DNA of 64,000 nucleotides from the NCBI RefSeq assembly GCF_006345805.1, contig NC_043010.1, positions 5,146,001-5,210,000 of the forward strand, in the 5' to 3' direction. The DNA is from Octopus sinensis. Lineage: Eukaryota. The notes below the pieces were generated by a model. The model was not told the origin of the DNA. It made no database searches and worked only from the letters and a program-made list of their open reading frames with translations. Within the stretch, counting starts at the first letter, position 1; each line of letters begins with the position of its first letter. This document shows, in pieces, positions 24,955 to 37,384 of the stretch. The translations under genes were made by a program, and so were the position numbers.

Positions 24955-25640
24955 CCTTCATTCTTTCATTCATTGTTTCCTTCCTTCAATCCTTAATTCC
25001 TTCACTCCCACTCTTCCTCCCTCCCTCCTTCCCCTACCTTCATTTCTTCCTCCCTCCCCTCATTCCCTCCTTCCTTCCTTCCATCCTTCCTTCCTTCCCT
25101 CATTCCTTCCTTCCTTCATTCATTCATTGTTTCCTTCCTTCAATCCTTAATTCCTTCACTCCCACTCTTCCTCCTTCCCTCCTTCCCCTCCCTTCATTTC
25201 CTCCTCCCTCCCCTCATTCCTTCCTTCCTTCCTTCCTTTAATCCTTCATTCATTGTTTCCTTCCTTTGATCCTTAATTCCTTCACTCCCACTCTTCCTCC
25301 CTTCCTCCTTCCCCTCCCTTAATTTCTTCCTCCCTCCCCTCATTCCCTCCTTCCTTCCTTCATACCTTCATTCGTTGTTTCCTTCCTTCAATCCTTAATT
25401 CCTTCACTCCCACTCTTCCTCCCTCCCTCCTTCCCCTCCCTTCATTTCTTCCTCCCTCCCCTCATTCCTTCCTTCCTTCCTACATTCCTTCCTTCCTTTA
25501 ATCCTTCATTCCTTCATTCATTGTTTCCTTCCTTCAATCCTTAATTCCTTCACTCCCACTCTTCCTCCCCTCCTTCCCCCCCTTCATTTTTTCCTCCCTC
25601 CCCTCATTCCTTCCTTCCGTCCGTCCTTCCTCCCTTCTCT
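24955..25640. repeat. Polypyrimidine minisatellite, about 5 units of 120-155 bp
   Basis: Recurring cattgtttccttccttcaatccttaattccttcactcccactcttcc… unit with a variable (CCTT)n spacer. Confidence 0.9.
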
Positions 25641-26268
25641 TGTCTATTTTCTTTTCTCTTTCCTGTCTTTATATATTGTATGTTTCTTTACTATCCACAA
25701 GGGGCTACACACAGGGGGGACAAACAAGGACAGACAAATGAATTAAGTCGATTACATCGACCCCAGTGTGTAACTGGTACTTAATTTATCAACCCCGGGG
25801 TCGAGTTGCTCGATTAAAGGCGGTGCTCCAGTATGACCACAGTCAAATGACTGAAACAAATAAAAGAGTAAAAGAGTAAAAGAGTATAGTCCTAAAAGAG
25901 TTAAATAAAGAAATAACCAACCCAACTTCTTTCCTACTTTATCCATTAGAAGATCGGCAGTATTTATTTGGTTCTTACAATAACACTATTAAAATAATTT
26001 TGAAATACAGGCCTTACTCGTGTCACAGAAGCATTGCATTCCTGAAAATCCTTGCTGTAGCATGAAACCTATTTTCTCATCCGCTTCCTTGTTACGTAAC
26101 AAGAAAATCAATTAGAAAATAGGTTTTCGATATGAAATTCTATGTTATGGCAAGATTCTTCAAGCAAGTAATGGTTCTATAATATGGAGTATGCTTGTAA
26201 ATAAATATATTTTTGAGTGAGAAATCATAAGCTTTATTGCTATTTGCAAACTGTTTATGAAGACATAC

Positions 26269-26422
26269 CTTTTAATTCTTCATAGTGCCCTATTTCCCTT
26301 TCTGCCCAGTTATGTTCTCTATCATTAGCATGGCAAGATCTTGGTTTTTCTCCACAGAGTTCAACCACCTTAACAGCCTTTTCATCAATCTGAGAATTCT
26401 TTGGGTTTCTTAGAAGACTTCG
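26269..26422 (-). CDS. Protocadherin internal cytoplasmic exon (154 nt, RSLLRNPKNSQIDEKAVKVVELCGEKPRSCHANDREHNWAEREIGHYEELK-G)
   Basis: Acceptor ...tttatcttgtAG at 26424-26423, 51 open codons in phase 0, donor G|GTATGT in phase 1. These phases exactly bridge the upstream and downstream exons. Non-repetitive sequence. Confidence 0.8.
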
Positions 26423-26594
26423 CTACAAGATAAATATATTGAAAGGGATAATTGAGTTAATTTAGAATGTTCTAGATATATAGACATGAATTTGGTTTTT
26501 AAAACATAAGTTATTTGCACATAAAGTTTTTTGCTAAACTAGCAGATTCTCAAGTTTTACTGCTTTCACAAGGATGCTTTTTCCAATCGCGTGC

Positions 26595-26637
<43 letters not shown>

Positions 26638-27702
26638 TGTGTGCGTACACGCACACATGTTATATGCAACAAAAGCAGTATTAGATCAAAATAACCATTC
26701 GTGTATCATACTAAATGTAAATACATTTTGCTAGGCAAAATTTAGGGCCGAATTCATCTGGAAATATAAGGGACATGCTGTGATAAAAAACACAATACAT
26801 ATATCAGAGGGGCCCAAAATCCCTCCTAGCAATAGCAGGTGAAAACACAAGATGCATTTCTGCCTCATTGGATGTTTTCAATATTGTCTACTCACAGTCA
26901 GTATGCCTAGACGAAATCCGTCCCCATCGATGTAAAGGAGAACAGTGAATAGACTATCACTGATGTTTCAAGTAGCTGCTTGGCTGAACAAAAATTTGTC
27001 ATATGCAATGGAAGCAATATTAGACTAAAATAACCATTTATGTATAATACTTAATATAAATACATTGTCATATTTTATTGTTGTATTTGTCCAAAGATAA
27101 TCTCTTATGGACATGCTGTGTATAAAAATCGATATATATTTCCCAAAATGGTGAAATACAAAATAAATTCAAAAACAAATTATGATGTAAGATATGTGTT
27201 ATCTTCTGCTTATTCCTAAGTTTCCAGACATTTTGTTAGTGCCATCAGATATACACCAGTGTATAATGATGGCTTCTTCAATAGAAAGTTGTAAAAAGTT
27301 TATAAGCAAGTGAGCATGTATATATACTGCATAAATAGTTGATATTGGATGGAAAACCACCCACCAAAGACAAAAAACAGAAATATGCATTACATGCTTA
27401 ATTGCAGTTTACAAACACAAATTGTTCCAAGGGTGTTCAAAGTGGGACAGTTAATAATGTATAACTGTACGTAAATCAGTTATAATATATAGAATTATTC
27501 TGTCATGCAAAACAAGTTAAGAAGAATGCTCAGTAAATTGAAAAAAATAAAGTTTGGAGCAATTAATTAGTTAGAAGACAGATTCTCAACAATGTCCAGT
27601 TGCATAGAAATAAAATAACTATCGACAATACCCAATCTCCATTTGTGTTATTTCTGTCAATTTGCATATGTGAATATGTATGTATGGATGTATTTTTTTT
27701 AT

Positions 27703-28115
27703 CTTATACTTGTTTCGGACACAAGGTTGTGTGCTATGCTAAGGCAATGCTTTGAAAGGTTTTAGTTGAGCAAATCAATCCCAGAATTTAGGCTCTTTTT
27801 TTTTTTTAAAGTCTGGAACTTATTCTATCAGCTACTTTCTCCAAACAGCAAATTTGTGGGACAGTAAACAAACCAACATTGGGTGTCAAGTATTGGTGAG
27901 GGAAACAAACACAGACACATAAATATATACATGCATACACTTATACATACACATACATACCTACACGCTCATATATATATATATATGTTGGGCATCCATA
28001 TAGTTTCTGTCTACCAAATTCACTACAAGGCATTGTGGTTACAGTAGAAGATACTTGCCCAAGGTGCCACACAGAGGTCCATGTGGTTGCAAAGCAAGCT
28101 TCTTAACCATACACC
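27703..28115 (-). mobile_element. SINE family A, diverged
   Basis: Recognisable family blocks. Confidence 0.7.
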
Positions 28116-28614
28116 CATGCCTGTATGTACACATGAATGCATGCATGCATGTATGTATTCATGTATGTTTGTATGTATGTACCTCTGTCTTTTTATTTGT
28201 ATTACCTGCCCTTCCTCAGGGGTTTTCAACAATGCCATTGCTCTTTTTTTATACTTTTCGTTTAATACTGGTTTCAAATTTTGGCAAAAAGCCAGCGATT
28301 TTGGGGCAGTTGGGTAAGTCAATTACATTGACCCCAGTGCTTAATTGGTACTTATTTCACCAACCCCAACAGGATGAAAGGCAAAGTTGACCTTGGTAGA
28401 ATTTGAACTCAGAATCTAAAGGTGTATAAAATGCCACTGAGCATTTTACCTGGCATGCTAATGATTCTCCCAGCTCACCATCTTCTCTTTTGCATTTAAT
28501 GTTATCATTAATTGAAGTAAATATTTTATTCTCTGTTCTTACTCTGAGTAAGATTTCACAATTCATCTGTCAATATATATTTACTGCATGTCCCAAGTAT
28601 GTTGTTGTTTTGTT

Positions 28615-28915
28615 TTGTTCCTTCTTGAGCCATACCTGGCTCATAAGGGCCGGTTTCCCCGGTTTCTTGGCGCATAGGTTCCCCACCTGGATGGGATGCC
28701 GGTCCATCGCAGGTAAGCTGCAAGATGCAGGAAGAAAGAGTGAGAGAAAGTTGTGGCGAAAGAGTCAGCGGAAGTTCGCCATTACCTTCTGCTGGAGCCG
28801 TATGGAGCTTAGGTGTTTCAATCATAAATACACACATCTCCCGGTCTGAGATTCAAACTGGCGATCCCTCGACTGTGAGTCCATTGCTCTAACCACTAGG
28901 CCATGTGCCTCCACA
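28615..28915 (-). mobile_element. SINE sharing the family D head and middle but with a different tail
   Basis: Head and middle match ~45700-45885; the tail differs. Confidence 0.8.
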
Positions 28916-29189
28916 TGTCCCAAGTAGATGTACACCCTCACCTCCTCAGTTTCATTTCTTTCTGCCAGTATTTGGCCTTGTACTATGCATTCAGACCATA
29001 TGTAATATGTTTCCATATGGTTTATTTTGAGGCCTACTGCTGAAATCTGGGGGAGCAAGCTTTCTCAGAATGATTTACACATGATCTGAGGTTTCTGTGA
29101 TCATTATTATGTCATTTTCAACTTGTAGGTGCATTAGTAACTCATTAATACTGATCCCACATTTTCAGTCATATCTCTGATGACTATTT

Positions 29190-29530
29190 TGGGTTACGGA
29201 GTAAAGAGTTTTGGAGAGATGTTACCAAGATACAACTGGACAAGACTCTGCATACCAATCTTTCCAACAGCAGTTCCGCACCTACACCTTTATGCAAATG
29301 AAACATGGGCTATTAAGAAGAAAGAAGAAAGGCTACTAACTATGACATGGAGGCTCATAGAAAGAACCATGCCAGGAATATTCCAGTGCTAGCATATCTA
29401 AAATGAGGTATTTTAACAAAGAAGGTAATTGTATGAGAATTAAGATCTCGTGGCTAAACAGCTCAGTGGCTCTCAATATTTTAATCTTCCTGAAGGGCAG
29501 AGGACTGACAGAATTGCAGAATGGTGGACT
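29190..29530 (+). mobile_element. RTE-clade LINE fragment
   Basis: LYANETWAIKKKEERLLTMTWRLIERTMPGI resembles the RTE motif LYGxETW…ERxMLGI. Confidence 0.7.
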
Positions 29531-29856
29531 ACCATTTAGTTTCTGAGTTCAATCTCAACAGAATCAACTTTGCCTTTCATGCTTCTGAGGCTAATGAAAT
29601 AAAATACCATCGTATAGTATTGTGGTGTGGAAGGGGGTTGATATAATTAATCATACCATCTCCCCTACCAAATTTAAAGCCCTGTTTTAATTTGAGAAAT
29701 CAAATTTCTGACTTTTCGGTGTACAGAAGATTAGATAAAATTTCCTGGCTCACTTGACATAGAAAGTTAAAAACAAAAATAATCAAAAGCTGTGTATCAA
29801 AGTTTAAACTTTATAAAAGCATAAAAGCCATTGTTTGCCTTGTTTCCTTAATCCTA

Positions 29857-30076
29857 CAAGGGAGTGCTGAAAAATTATTGGTTTTAGGGGTTTGGTGAAA
29901 GGCCTGGTAGAAGGCCCAAACTTCAAAGCTCTCTTACAGGGCTTAGAAAAAACCGAAGGACTGAGGCAATAAGTGTGTGAATCTGAGAGGGGAATATGTT
30001 GAATAAAATCATAATTAACAGATTCTCCTGAATTTTTCTTTTACCCCAAGCCAGAAACTTTTCAGCATCCTCATTG
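29857..30076 (+). mobile_element. mariner-derived MITE
   Basis: Inverted ends caagggagtgctgaaaaatt / aaacttttcagcatcctcattg; internal KCVNLRGEYVE* transposase end. Confidence 0.7.
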
Positions 30077-31005
30077 TGTAAAACAAAATAAAGAATAGCA
30101 TGCTTTCCATGATGCTTCATTATAAACACAAATTTTCTAAAGCTGTTGATTATGTTTTTAAACTGCTGCAATCACCACCCAGACATCTCTTATCCCATGG
30201 TGCAGTGCTGCACCACAGCACACTAAAAACCACTAAGAAAGCAACCAGATCATATTATTTGAAAGTTGTGCAAGAAAAAGCAAGCTGAGAATGCAGAAAA
30301 AATGAAATAACTACAGAATGACAGAGAATTTAGGAAGAGAATTATATTTAAGTGCAATCATATTTTATTAGCAACCTCATTATATCACATAACATATAAC
30401 CATTTTCATCTATTTTATCTAATTTAAATGTCTATCATTCATTTCCAAATCATAAAAATTTTATACAAGATTTTCTTAATAGAGATTCCAGGCAAGAATG
30501 GCAAACATGGTATTGAATGCATTTATATTAGAGAAATATTTCATTTCATTTAATAAATGTTCTAATGGATTACTTTATAAATCTCTAATGGATCTGTAAT
30601 ATCATCTGTAATGGATCTGTAATACACCTGTAATGCATTTGTAAGATAGCTTAATTTGTCTATTATCCACCAATGTTGTCTAGTTTGTGCCAATGTCATG
30701 ATCAGCAATTTTGCATTTTGTAGGAAAAAAAAGTGGGGCGCTTTACTTTTGGTTATTTTTTTTCTCCCCAAGTGGTGGAAATCATATAATTACACACACA
30801 CACTCACACACACTCACACACACACACACACACACATACACAGATGCATATATAAATATACATATTCATATGCACACATTATACGTGTTGTGTGTGTGTG
30901 TGCATGTATGCATGTGCGTGTGTGTATGTGTTCATTAATACATATATATCCTAAAACATATTTCACTATTTGAACTATTTACATCTCATCATTATTTGCT
31001 GACAT

Positions 31006-31089
<84 letters not shown>

Positions 31090-31412
31090 CACACACACAC
31101 ATATGAATGTATGTATATGTTTATATATGTTTCTTCATTGCATGAATGTATTTTCAATTTCATAGAAAATATTTTACATTAAATTATCCAGAATTACATG
31201 TGTACACACACACACACACACAAATATGTGAGCTTATATTTTTAAAGACATGCCTATACTCCAGTTTTCACTTATTTTTTGCATGATTTTGTATATTCCC
31301 TTATTAGTCCTTTTGTTTGGAATAATATATTTCCGAGGTATATTTAGGTTCCATGCATCACTGCTCAACTATATTTTATATAATGTGTTGTAATGACTCA
31401 TACATATATACA

Positions 31413-31574
31413 CGCAGGAGTGGCTGTGTGGTAAGTAGCCTGTTTACCAACCACATGGTTCCGGGTTCAGTCCCACTGCGTGGCACCTTGGGCAAGTGTC
31501 TTCTACTATAGCCTCGGGCCGACCAAAGCCTTGTGAGTGGATTTGGTAGACGGAAAACTGAAACAAGCCTGTCG

Positions 31575-31628
<54 letters not shown>

Positions 31629-31839
31629 TGTGTTTGTCCCCCTAGTATTGCTTGACAACCGATGCTGGTGTGTTTATGTCCCCGTTACTTAGCGGTTGGC
31701 AAAAGAGACCGATAGAATAAGTACTGGGCTTACAAAAGAATAAGTCCCGGGGTCGAGTTGCTCGATTAAAGGCGGTACTCCAGCATGGCCACAGTCAAAT
31801 GACTGGAACAAGTAAAAGAGTATAAAAGAGTAAAAGAGT
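31413..31839 (+). mobile_element. SINE family A, full length
   Basis: Near consensus. Confidence 0.9.
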
Positions 31840-32973
31840 ACATGCTTATATCCATACATGCATTAATATGTGTGTGGATACCCATGGCTTAGGGGTTAGG
31901 GTGTTGCATGCATGATCATAAGATTATGGTTTCAATTCCTGGACCAGGCAATGTATTGTATTCTTAAACAAAACAGTTCATTTCATGTTGCTCTGGCCCA
32001 TTCAGCTGGCAAAAATGAGTAATCCCTTGATGTATATGCCATAGAATCCAGGAAAATGGCTGATAATTAAGGGGGTCGCCCACTAGCAGACCATTGATAA
32101 TGAAACAGGGGAAGTTTAATGATGTAGTACTGCAGTTAAATATTCTAAACAATGTGTATTAGATTTTCTCAAATTTGATGGATATTTAGTGGTATGCAAG
32201 CCAACACAAGAAATCTCTAGTGCGACTTTTTTATCGATGTACCCAAAGAGACACAGAATGATGGGTCGAAACATATTTTGTAAATAATGAAGTCTAATAC
32301 ACATTCCATCAAAAGGATAGAAATTTATGAATACTTTTGAGTAAATACCAAACTTTTACCACAAAAGAGGAAAGAAAGAAATTATTCAGAAATAGTTTAA
32401 TATTTATACAGGTCGTATGCTTAAATACTAACTCATCAGATGGTATTTGTAAATAATGATTAATTGGTATATTCTGATATTAATAAAGGAGTATTGAGGT
32501 AAAGGAACATGCTAATTATATATTAATAAAATTATAATCTAAGCAGTATTTTAGCATGGGTCAAACGGTTTGACTGAGGGCTGGCGAACCAGATGGCTGC
32601 ATCAGGCTCCAATCTTGATCTGGCAGAGTTTCTACAGCTAGATGCCCTTCCTAACGCCGAGAAGTGGTGAATTTGAGGATTTAATACAGTAATTGGATTC
32701 AAATTAGTCTTGCCATTGGAACTGAGTTATGGTTTGTGTTGGATTTAAATAGTGATTACAATAAGCCTCCTTCATAGACAGAAGGATGAGGGATACTCTT
32801 CCTCTTATCAAGGTTCAGTGAACTGATAAACATGTCATGACAATCTCCTTTACTTTTTTTCCTGTGAAAAGAATAACAAAAATATTCGTATCTAAGGATT
32901 CACCTCAACAGGCTTTTCAAAACTGTATTTTAACATGTGTGTATGTGTGTACAGATGTTCAAGAATGATGATA

Positions 32974-33004
<31 letters not shown>

Positions 33005-33008
<4 letters not shown>

Positions 33009-33260
33009 ATTGATAAAAACGGTAAGATAACAAAAGAAAGAAAGAGACCTCGATATTATGTAAATAGAGGAATTTATCTGTAAAGGTAATATGTAGCAAT
33101 TATTCGGTAGCCAAGATAAAACTCCGAGTTCGGATGCCGAGGTAAAAATCCATGCCACCATCTCTTCAGTTATCTGGCCATCAGAAAAACGCTATGAAAA
33201 ATGACAGTTATACAAAGGGAAATTACTGTGTTATTGACCGCTATTAAGACAAAAGAGCTA
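33005..33260 (-). mobile_element. Short element in (TA)n with a broken hammerhead (HH-E)
   Basis: Minus strand ataa-CTGAAGA-gatg…catcc-GAA-ctcggag-TT-ttat at 33173-33116; one A of GAAA is missing. Confidence 0.6.
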
Positions 33261-33637
33261 TTCTAATGACCGCTAAGTAAGGTAAGAGGGTAAAAAATTC
33301 ATAGTATTCACGTAAGCGCGCCTGTTCATACCTACACATGTGTGCCTGCGCACCCACATGTGTACGCATACATTCATCCACCCTCACTAGAAAAACGTAT
33401 ACATCATCACTTGCATCCTTCACCAAATGTATATGCATATACATACAACCCCCCCCCACACACACACATGCACACCGTAAAAGTTCATACATACGTCTAC
33501 ATGTGTACAGGCATAAGAAAAACCAGGATTAAGGGTAACAATACAGAAAAATGGCATAGGGGAGTATACAAAGAGTAAATCACGTTTATGCACGCACACA
33601 CACACACGCCCATATACACACATACCTGTATACCTAT

Positions 33638-33866
33638 TTTTTTACTACCCACAAGGGGCTACACACAGAGGGAACAAACAAAGACAGACAAACGGATTAA
33701 GTCGATTACATCGACCTCAGTGCGTAGCTGGTACTTATTTTAATCAACCCCGAAAGGATGAAAGGCAAAGTCGACCTCGGCGGAATTTGAACTCAGAACG
33801 TAACGGCAGACAAAATACGGCTATGCATTTCACCTGGCATGCTAACGATTCTGCCAGCACGCCGCC
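33638..33866 (-). mobile_element. SINE family B, full length
   Basis: Reverse complement of 62055-62281. Confidence 0.88.
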
Positions 33867-34207
33867 TTACATACCTGTATACCGTATGTATAATCCTTTT
33901 TGTGCGTGCATGTGTGTGTGCATATATAGATGTGTGCATATATAGATGTGTGCAGGTATGTGCGTATATGGGTGTGTGTGTGGGTGTGCATGATAGGTTT
34001 CAAACAAAAGGTTCTTTGATAGTACAATATCTTTCTAATTAGCTGAGTAGAGTCAGTTATTTAGTATGTATTATCCCAGGAGGAAAAGTTTGGTTAGCTT
34101 AAATCAAAGATTGTTAGTGATTGTGAAACCAACTAAAAATAGCTTAGAACTGTTGGAATATTGATTAGAACAGAGAAGTTATGTAAAAATATTTTTAAAT
34201 TGACATT

Positions 34208-34612
34208 GGAGTGGCTGTGTGGTAAGTAGCTTGCTTACCAACCACATGGTTCCACGTTCAGTCCCACTGCGTGGCACCTTGGGCAAGTGTCTTCTACTAT
34301 AGCCTCGGGCCGACCAAAGCCTTGTGAGTGGATTTGGTAGACGGAAACTGAAAGAAGCCTGTCGTATATATCTATATATATATATGTATATGTATGTATA
34401 TGTTTGTGCGTCTGTGTTTGTCCCCCCCCCCAGCATCGCTTGACAACCGATGCTGGTGTGTTTACGTCCCCGTCACTTAGCAGTTCGGCAAAAGAGACCG
34501 ATAGAATAAGTACTGGGCTTACAAAGAATAAGTCCCGGGGTTGATTTGCTCGACTAAAGGCGGTGCTCCAGCATGGCTGCAGTCAAATGACTGAAACAAG
34601 TAAACGAGTAAA
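34208..34612 (+). mobile_element. SINE family A, full length
   Basis: Near consensus; tail-to-tail with the copy at 34770. Confidence 0.9.
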
Positions 34613-34769
34613 CAAGCATTTCATTTGATAGAGTAATCTGAATACTAAAGATTTCAAAAACTACGATCTGAAAATTTGAACAGATGTAAATGCGTCTTAT
34701 TATTCTCTTTGTTCACAGGAAAATAAAAATGGAGTGTTCTCTTTCTCTCTCTCTCTCTCTTTTTTCTCT

Positions 34770-34969
34770 TTTTTACTTGTTTCAGTCATTTGACTGCAGC
34801 AATGCTGGAGCACCGCCTTTTAGTCGAGCAAATCAACCCCAGGTCTCATTCTTTGTAAGCCTAGTACTTATTCTATCGGTCTCTTTTGCCGAATCGCTAA
34901 GTAACGGGGACGTAAACATACCAGCATCGGTTGTCAAGCGATGTTGGGGGGACAAACACAGACACAAAA

Positions 34970-35022
<53 letters not shown>

Positions 35023-35182
35023 ACAGGCTTCTTTCAGTTTCTGTCTACCAAATCCACTCACAAGGCTTTGGTCGGCCCGAGGCTATAGTAGAAGGCACTT
35101 TCTCAAGGTGCCATGCAGTGGGACTGAACCCGGAACCATGTGGTTGGTAAGCAGGCTACTTACCACACAGCCACTCCTGCGG
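34770..35182 (-). mobile_element. SINE family A, full length
   Basis: Near consensus. Confidence 0.9.
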
Positions 35183-35497
35183 CTAACATATTTCCTGTTA
35201 TATTGAATATTTGTAAAAGAATAAGTGCATGAAGAGAACTGAGAAGAAATTGACATTTAAATATCAAACATGAACAAGAATGTAGCTGTAATGGTAAGAC
35301 TATACAGCCATTGTGGGTGTGGTAAAGCAATTGATAAATATTCATGCACAATGCAGCATGTATTTATAAGCAAAAAGTAGTTGTTTTGAAGCTTTTGATG
35401 TGAAAAGCACCTTGGACATGTGTCTTCTACAATAGCCTGAGGTCGAACGAAAGCTTTGTGAGTGGATTTAGTAGAGGGAATCTGAAAGAGGCCTATC

Positions 35498-35602
<105 letters not shown>

Positions 35603-35772
35603 TACATATTGGGTTAAGGAATAATTCATATATGTATATGATCTTTGCTAAATAAACACTAAGTCCTTTAGATTCCACAACTGAAATTTCTTCTCCAAGT
35701 CTAGTAGAGTAAGAACAAGATCAGCTTAGAGGAGCTCCCAAGGGCAACCAGGCTTAAATTCCTCAGTTTAAG

Positions 35773-35803
<31 letters not shown>

Positions 35804-35823
35804 TATATACACACACATATATG

Positions 35824-35856
<33 letters not shown>

Positions 35857-36027
35857 ATATATATATATATGTATATATATATAAATATATGCATATATAT
35901 ATGACAGGTTTCTTTCAGTTTCTGTCTATGGAATCCACTCAGAAGGTGCCATGTAGGGGGATTGAACTGAGTACCATGTGGATGGGAAGCAAGTTTCTTA
36001 CTACACAGCCATATCTGCACCTATGTG

Positions 36028-36073
<46 letters not shown>

Positions 36074-36075
<2 letters not shown>

Positions 36076-36244
36076 CATAGGAGTGGCTGTGTGGTAAGTA
36101 GCTTGCTTACGAACCACATGGTTCTGGATTCAGTCTCACAGCGTGACACCTTGAGCAAGTGTCTTCTACTATAGCCTCAGGCCAACCAAAGCTTTGTGAG
36201 TGGATTTCATAGACAGAAACTGAAAGAAGTCCGTTGTATATATG

Positions 36245-36275
<31 letters not shown>

Positions 36276-36487
36276 ATGTGTGTCTGTGTTTGTCCCTCCA
36301 ACATCACTTGACAATCAATGCTGGTGTGTTTACATCTCCGTAATTTAGCAGTTCGGCAAAAGAGACTAATATAATAACTACTAGACTTACAAAGAATAAG
36401 TCCTGGGGTCAATTTGCTCGGTGAAAGGCCACAGTCAAATGACTGAAACAAGTAAAAGAGTAAAAGAGTAAAAGAGTAAAAGAGAGT
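36074..36487 (+). mobile_element. SINE family A with a small internal deletion
   Basis: Colinear with the family consensus. Confidence 0.88.
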
Positions 36488-36519
36488 ATACATAAAAAAA
36501 TCACTATGATTTTTAACAC

Positions 36520-36865
36520 TAGAGTAAAGACCCCCCTCAGTCATGAATGACCTTGAGATTGCACCTAGAAAGTTCCCTCTGAGGCACAAGGCCAAGCAAG
36601 ATTGTTTATAGAATGCCAGCAGCTACCCATGCATACCAGCCTCTCCTTTCTATGCCACTGATATTATCCAAGGGAAAGGTAAAGGCTGATACAGCTTGGC
36701 ACCAGTGACATCACAACTCATTTCTACAGATGGGTGAACTGTAGAGCAACGTGAAATAAAGAGTTTTGCTCAAGAACACAACACACAGCTTGGTCTGGGA
36801 TTCAAACTCACAACCTCGCAATTGTAAGCTCAATGCTCTAACCACTGAGCCATGTGCCTTCACAT
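36520..36865 (-). mobile_element. SINE with the 44.9-kb-type head and middle and a third tail
   Basis: Head and middle similar to 44900-45050; the tail ends …gaggggggtctttact. Confidence 0.75.
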
Positions 36866-36981
36866 AATTCTTAACATTAACCGTTCAAATTTTTGTTAAA
36901 ATTTTCTGTACAACATAACAATTTTTCTTAGCTACTAAATTTTATAAAACTGGATGATTAAATGCTACTAAAAAAATCAAA

Positions 36982-37375
36982 GGTGCAGGAGTGGCTGTGT
37001 GGTAAGTAGCTTGTTTAATAAGCACATGGTTCCAGGTTCAGTCCCATTGCGTGGCACCTTGGGCAAGTATCTTCTGCTATAGCCTCGGGCCAACCAATGC
37101 CTTGTGAGTGGATTTAGTAGACGGAAACTGAAAGAAGCCTGTCATATATATGTATATATATGTATGTATGTGTGTGTGTTTGTGTGTCTGTGTTTGTCCC
37201 CCTAGCTGGTGTGTTTATGTCCCCGTTACTTAGCGGTTCAGCAAAGGAGACCGATAGAATAAGTACTGGGCTTACAAAAAGAATAAGTCTCGGGGTCGAG
37301 TTGCTCGATTAGGGGCGGTGCTCCAGCATGGCCACAGTCAAATGACCGAAACAAGTAAAATAGTAAAATAGTAGT
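36982..37375 (+). mobile_element. SINE family A abutting the protocadherin splice donor
   Basis: The tail ends about 10 nt from the donor at 37384 and supplies most of the spurious last 48 aa of the 854-aa ORF. Confidence 0.9.
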
Positions 37376-37384
37376 ATGACTTAC

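Noticed and set aside
21599-25640. CRISPR-like arrays
   Set aside because: Eukaryotic tandem repeats without unique spacers or cas genes.
37238-37384. Last 48 aa of the 854-aa ORF as the protocadherin C-terminus
   Set aside because: Lies after a GTAAGT donor and is mostly antisense SINE A sequence that recurs throughout the window.
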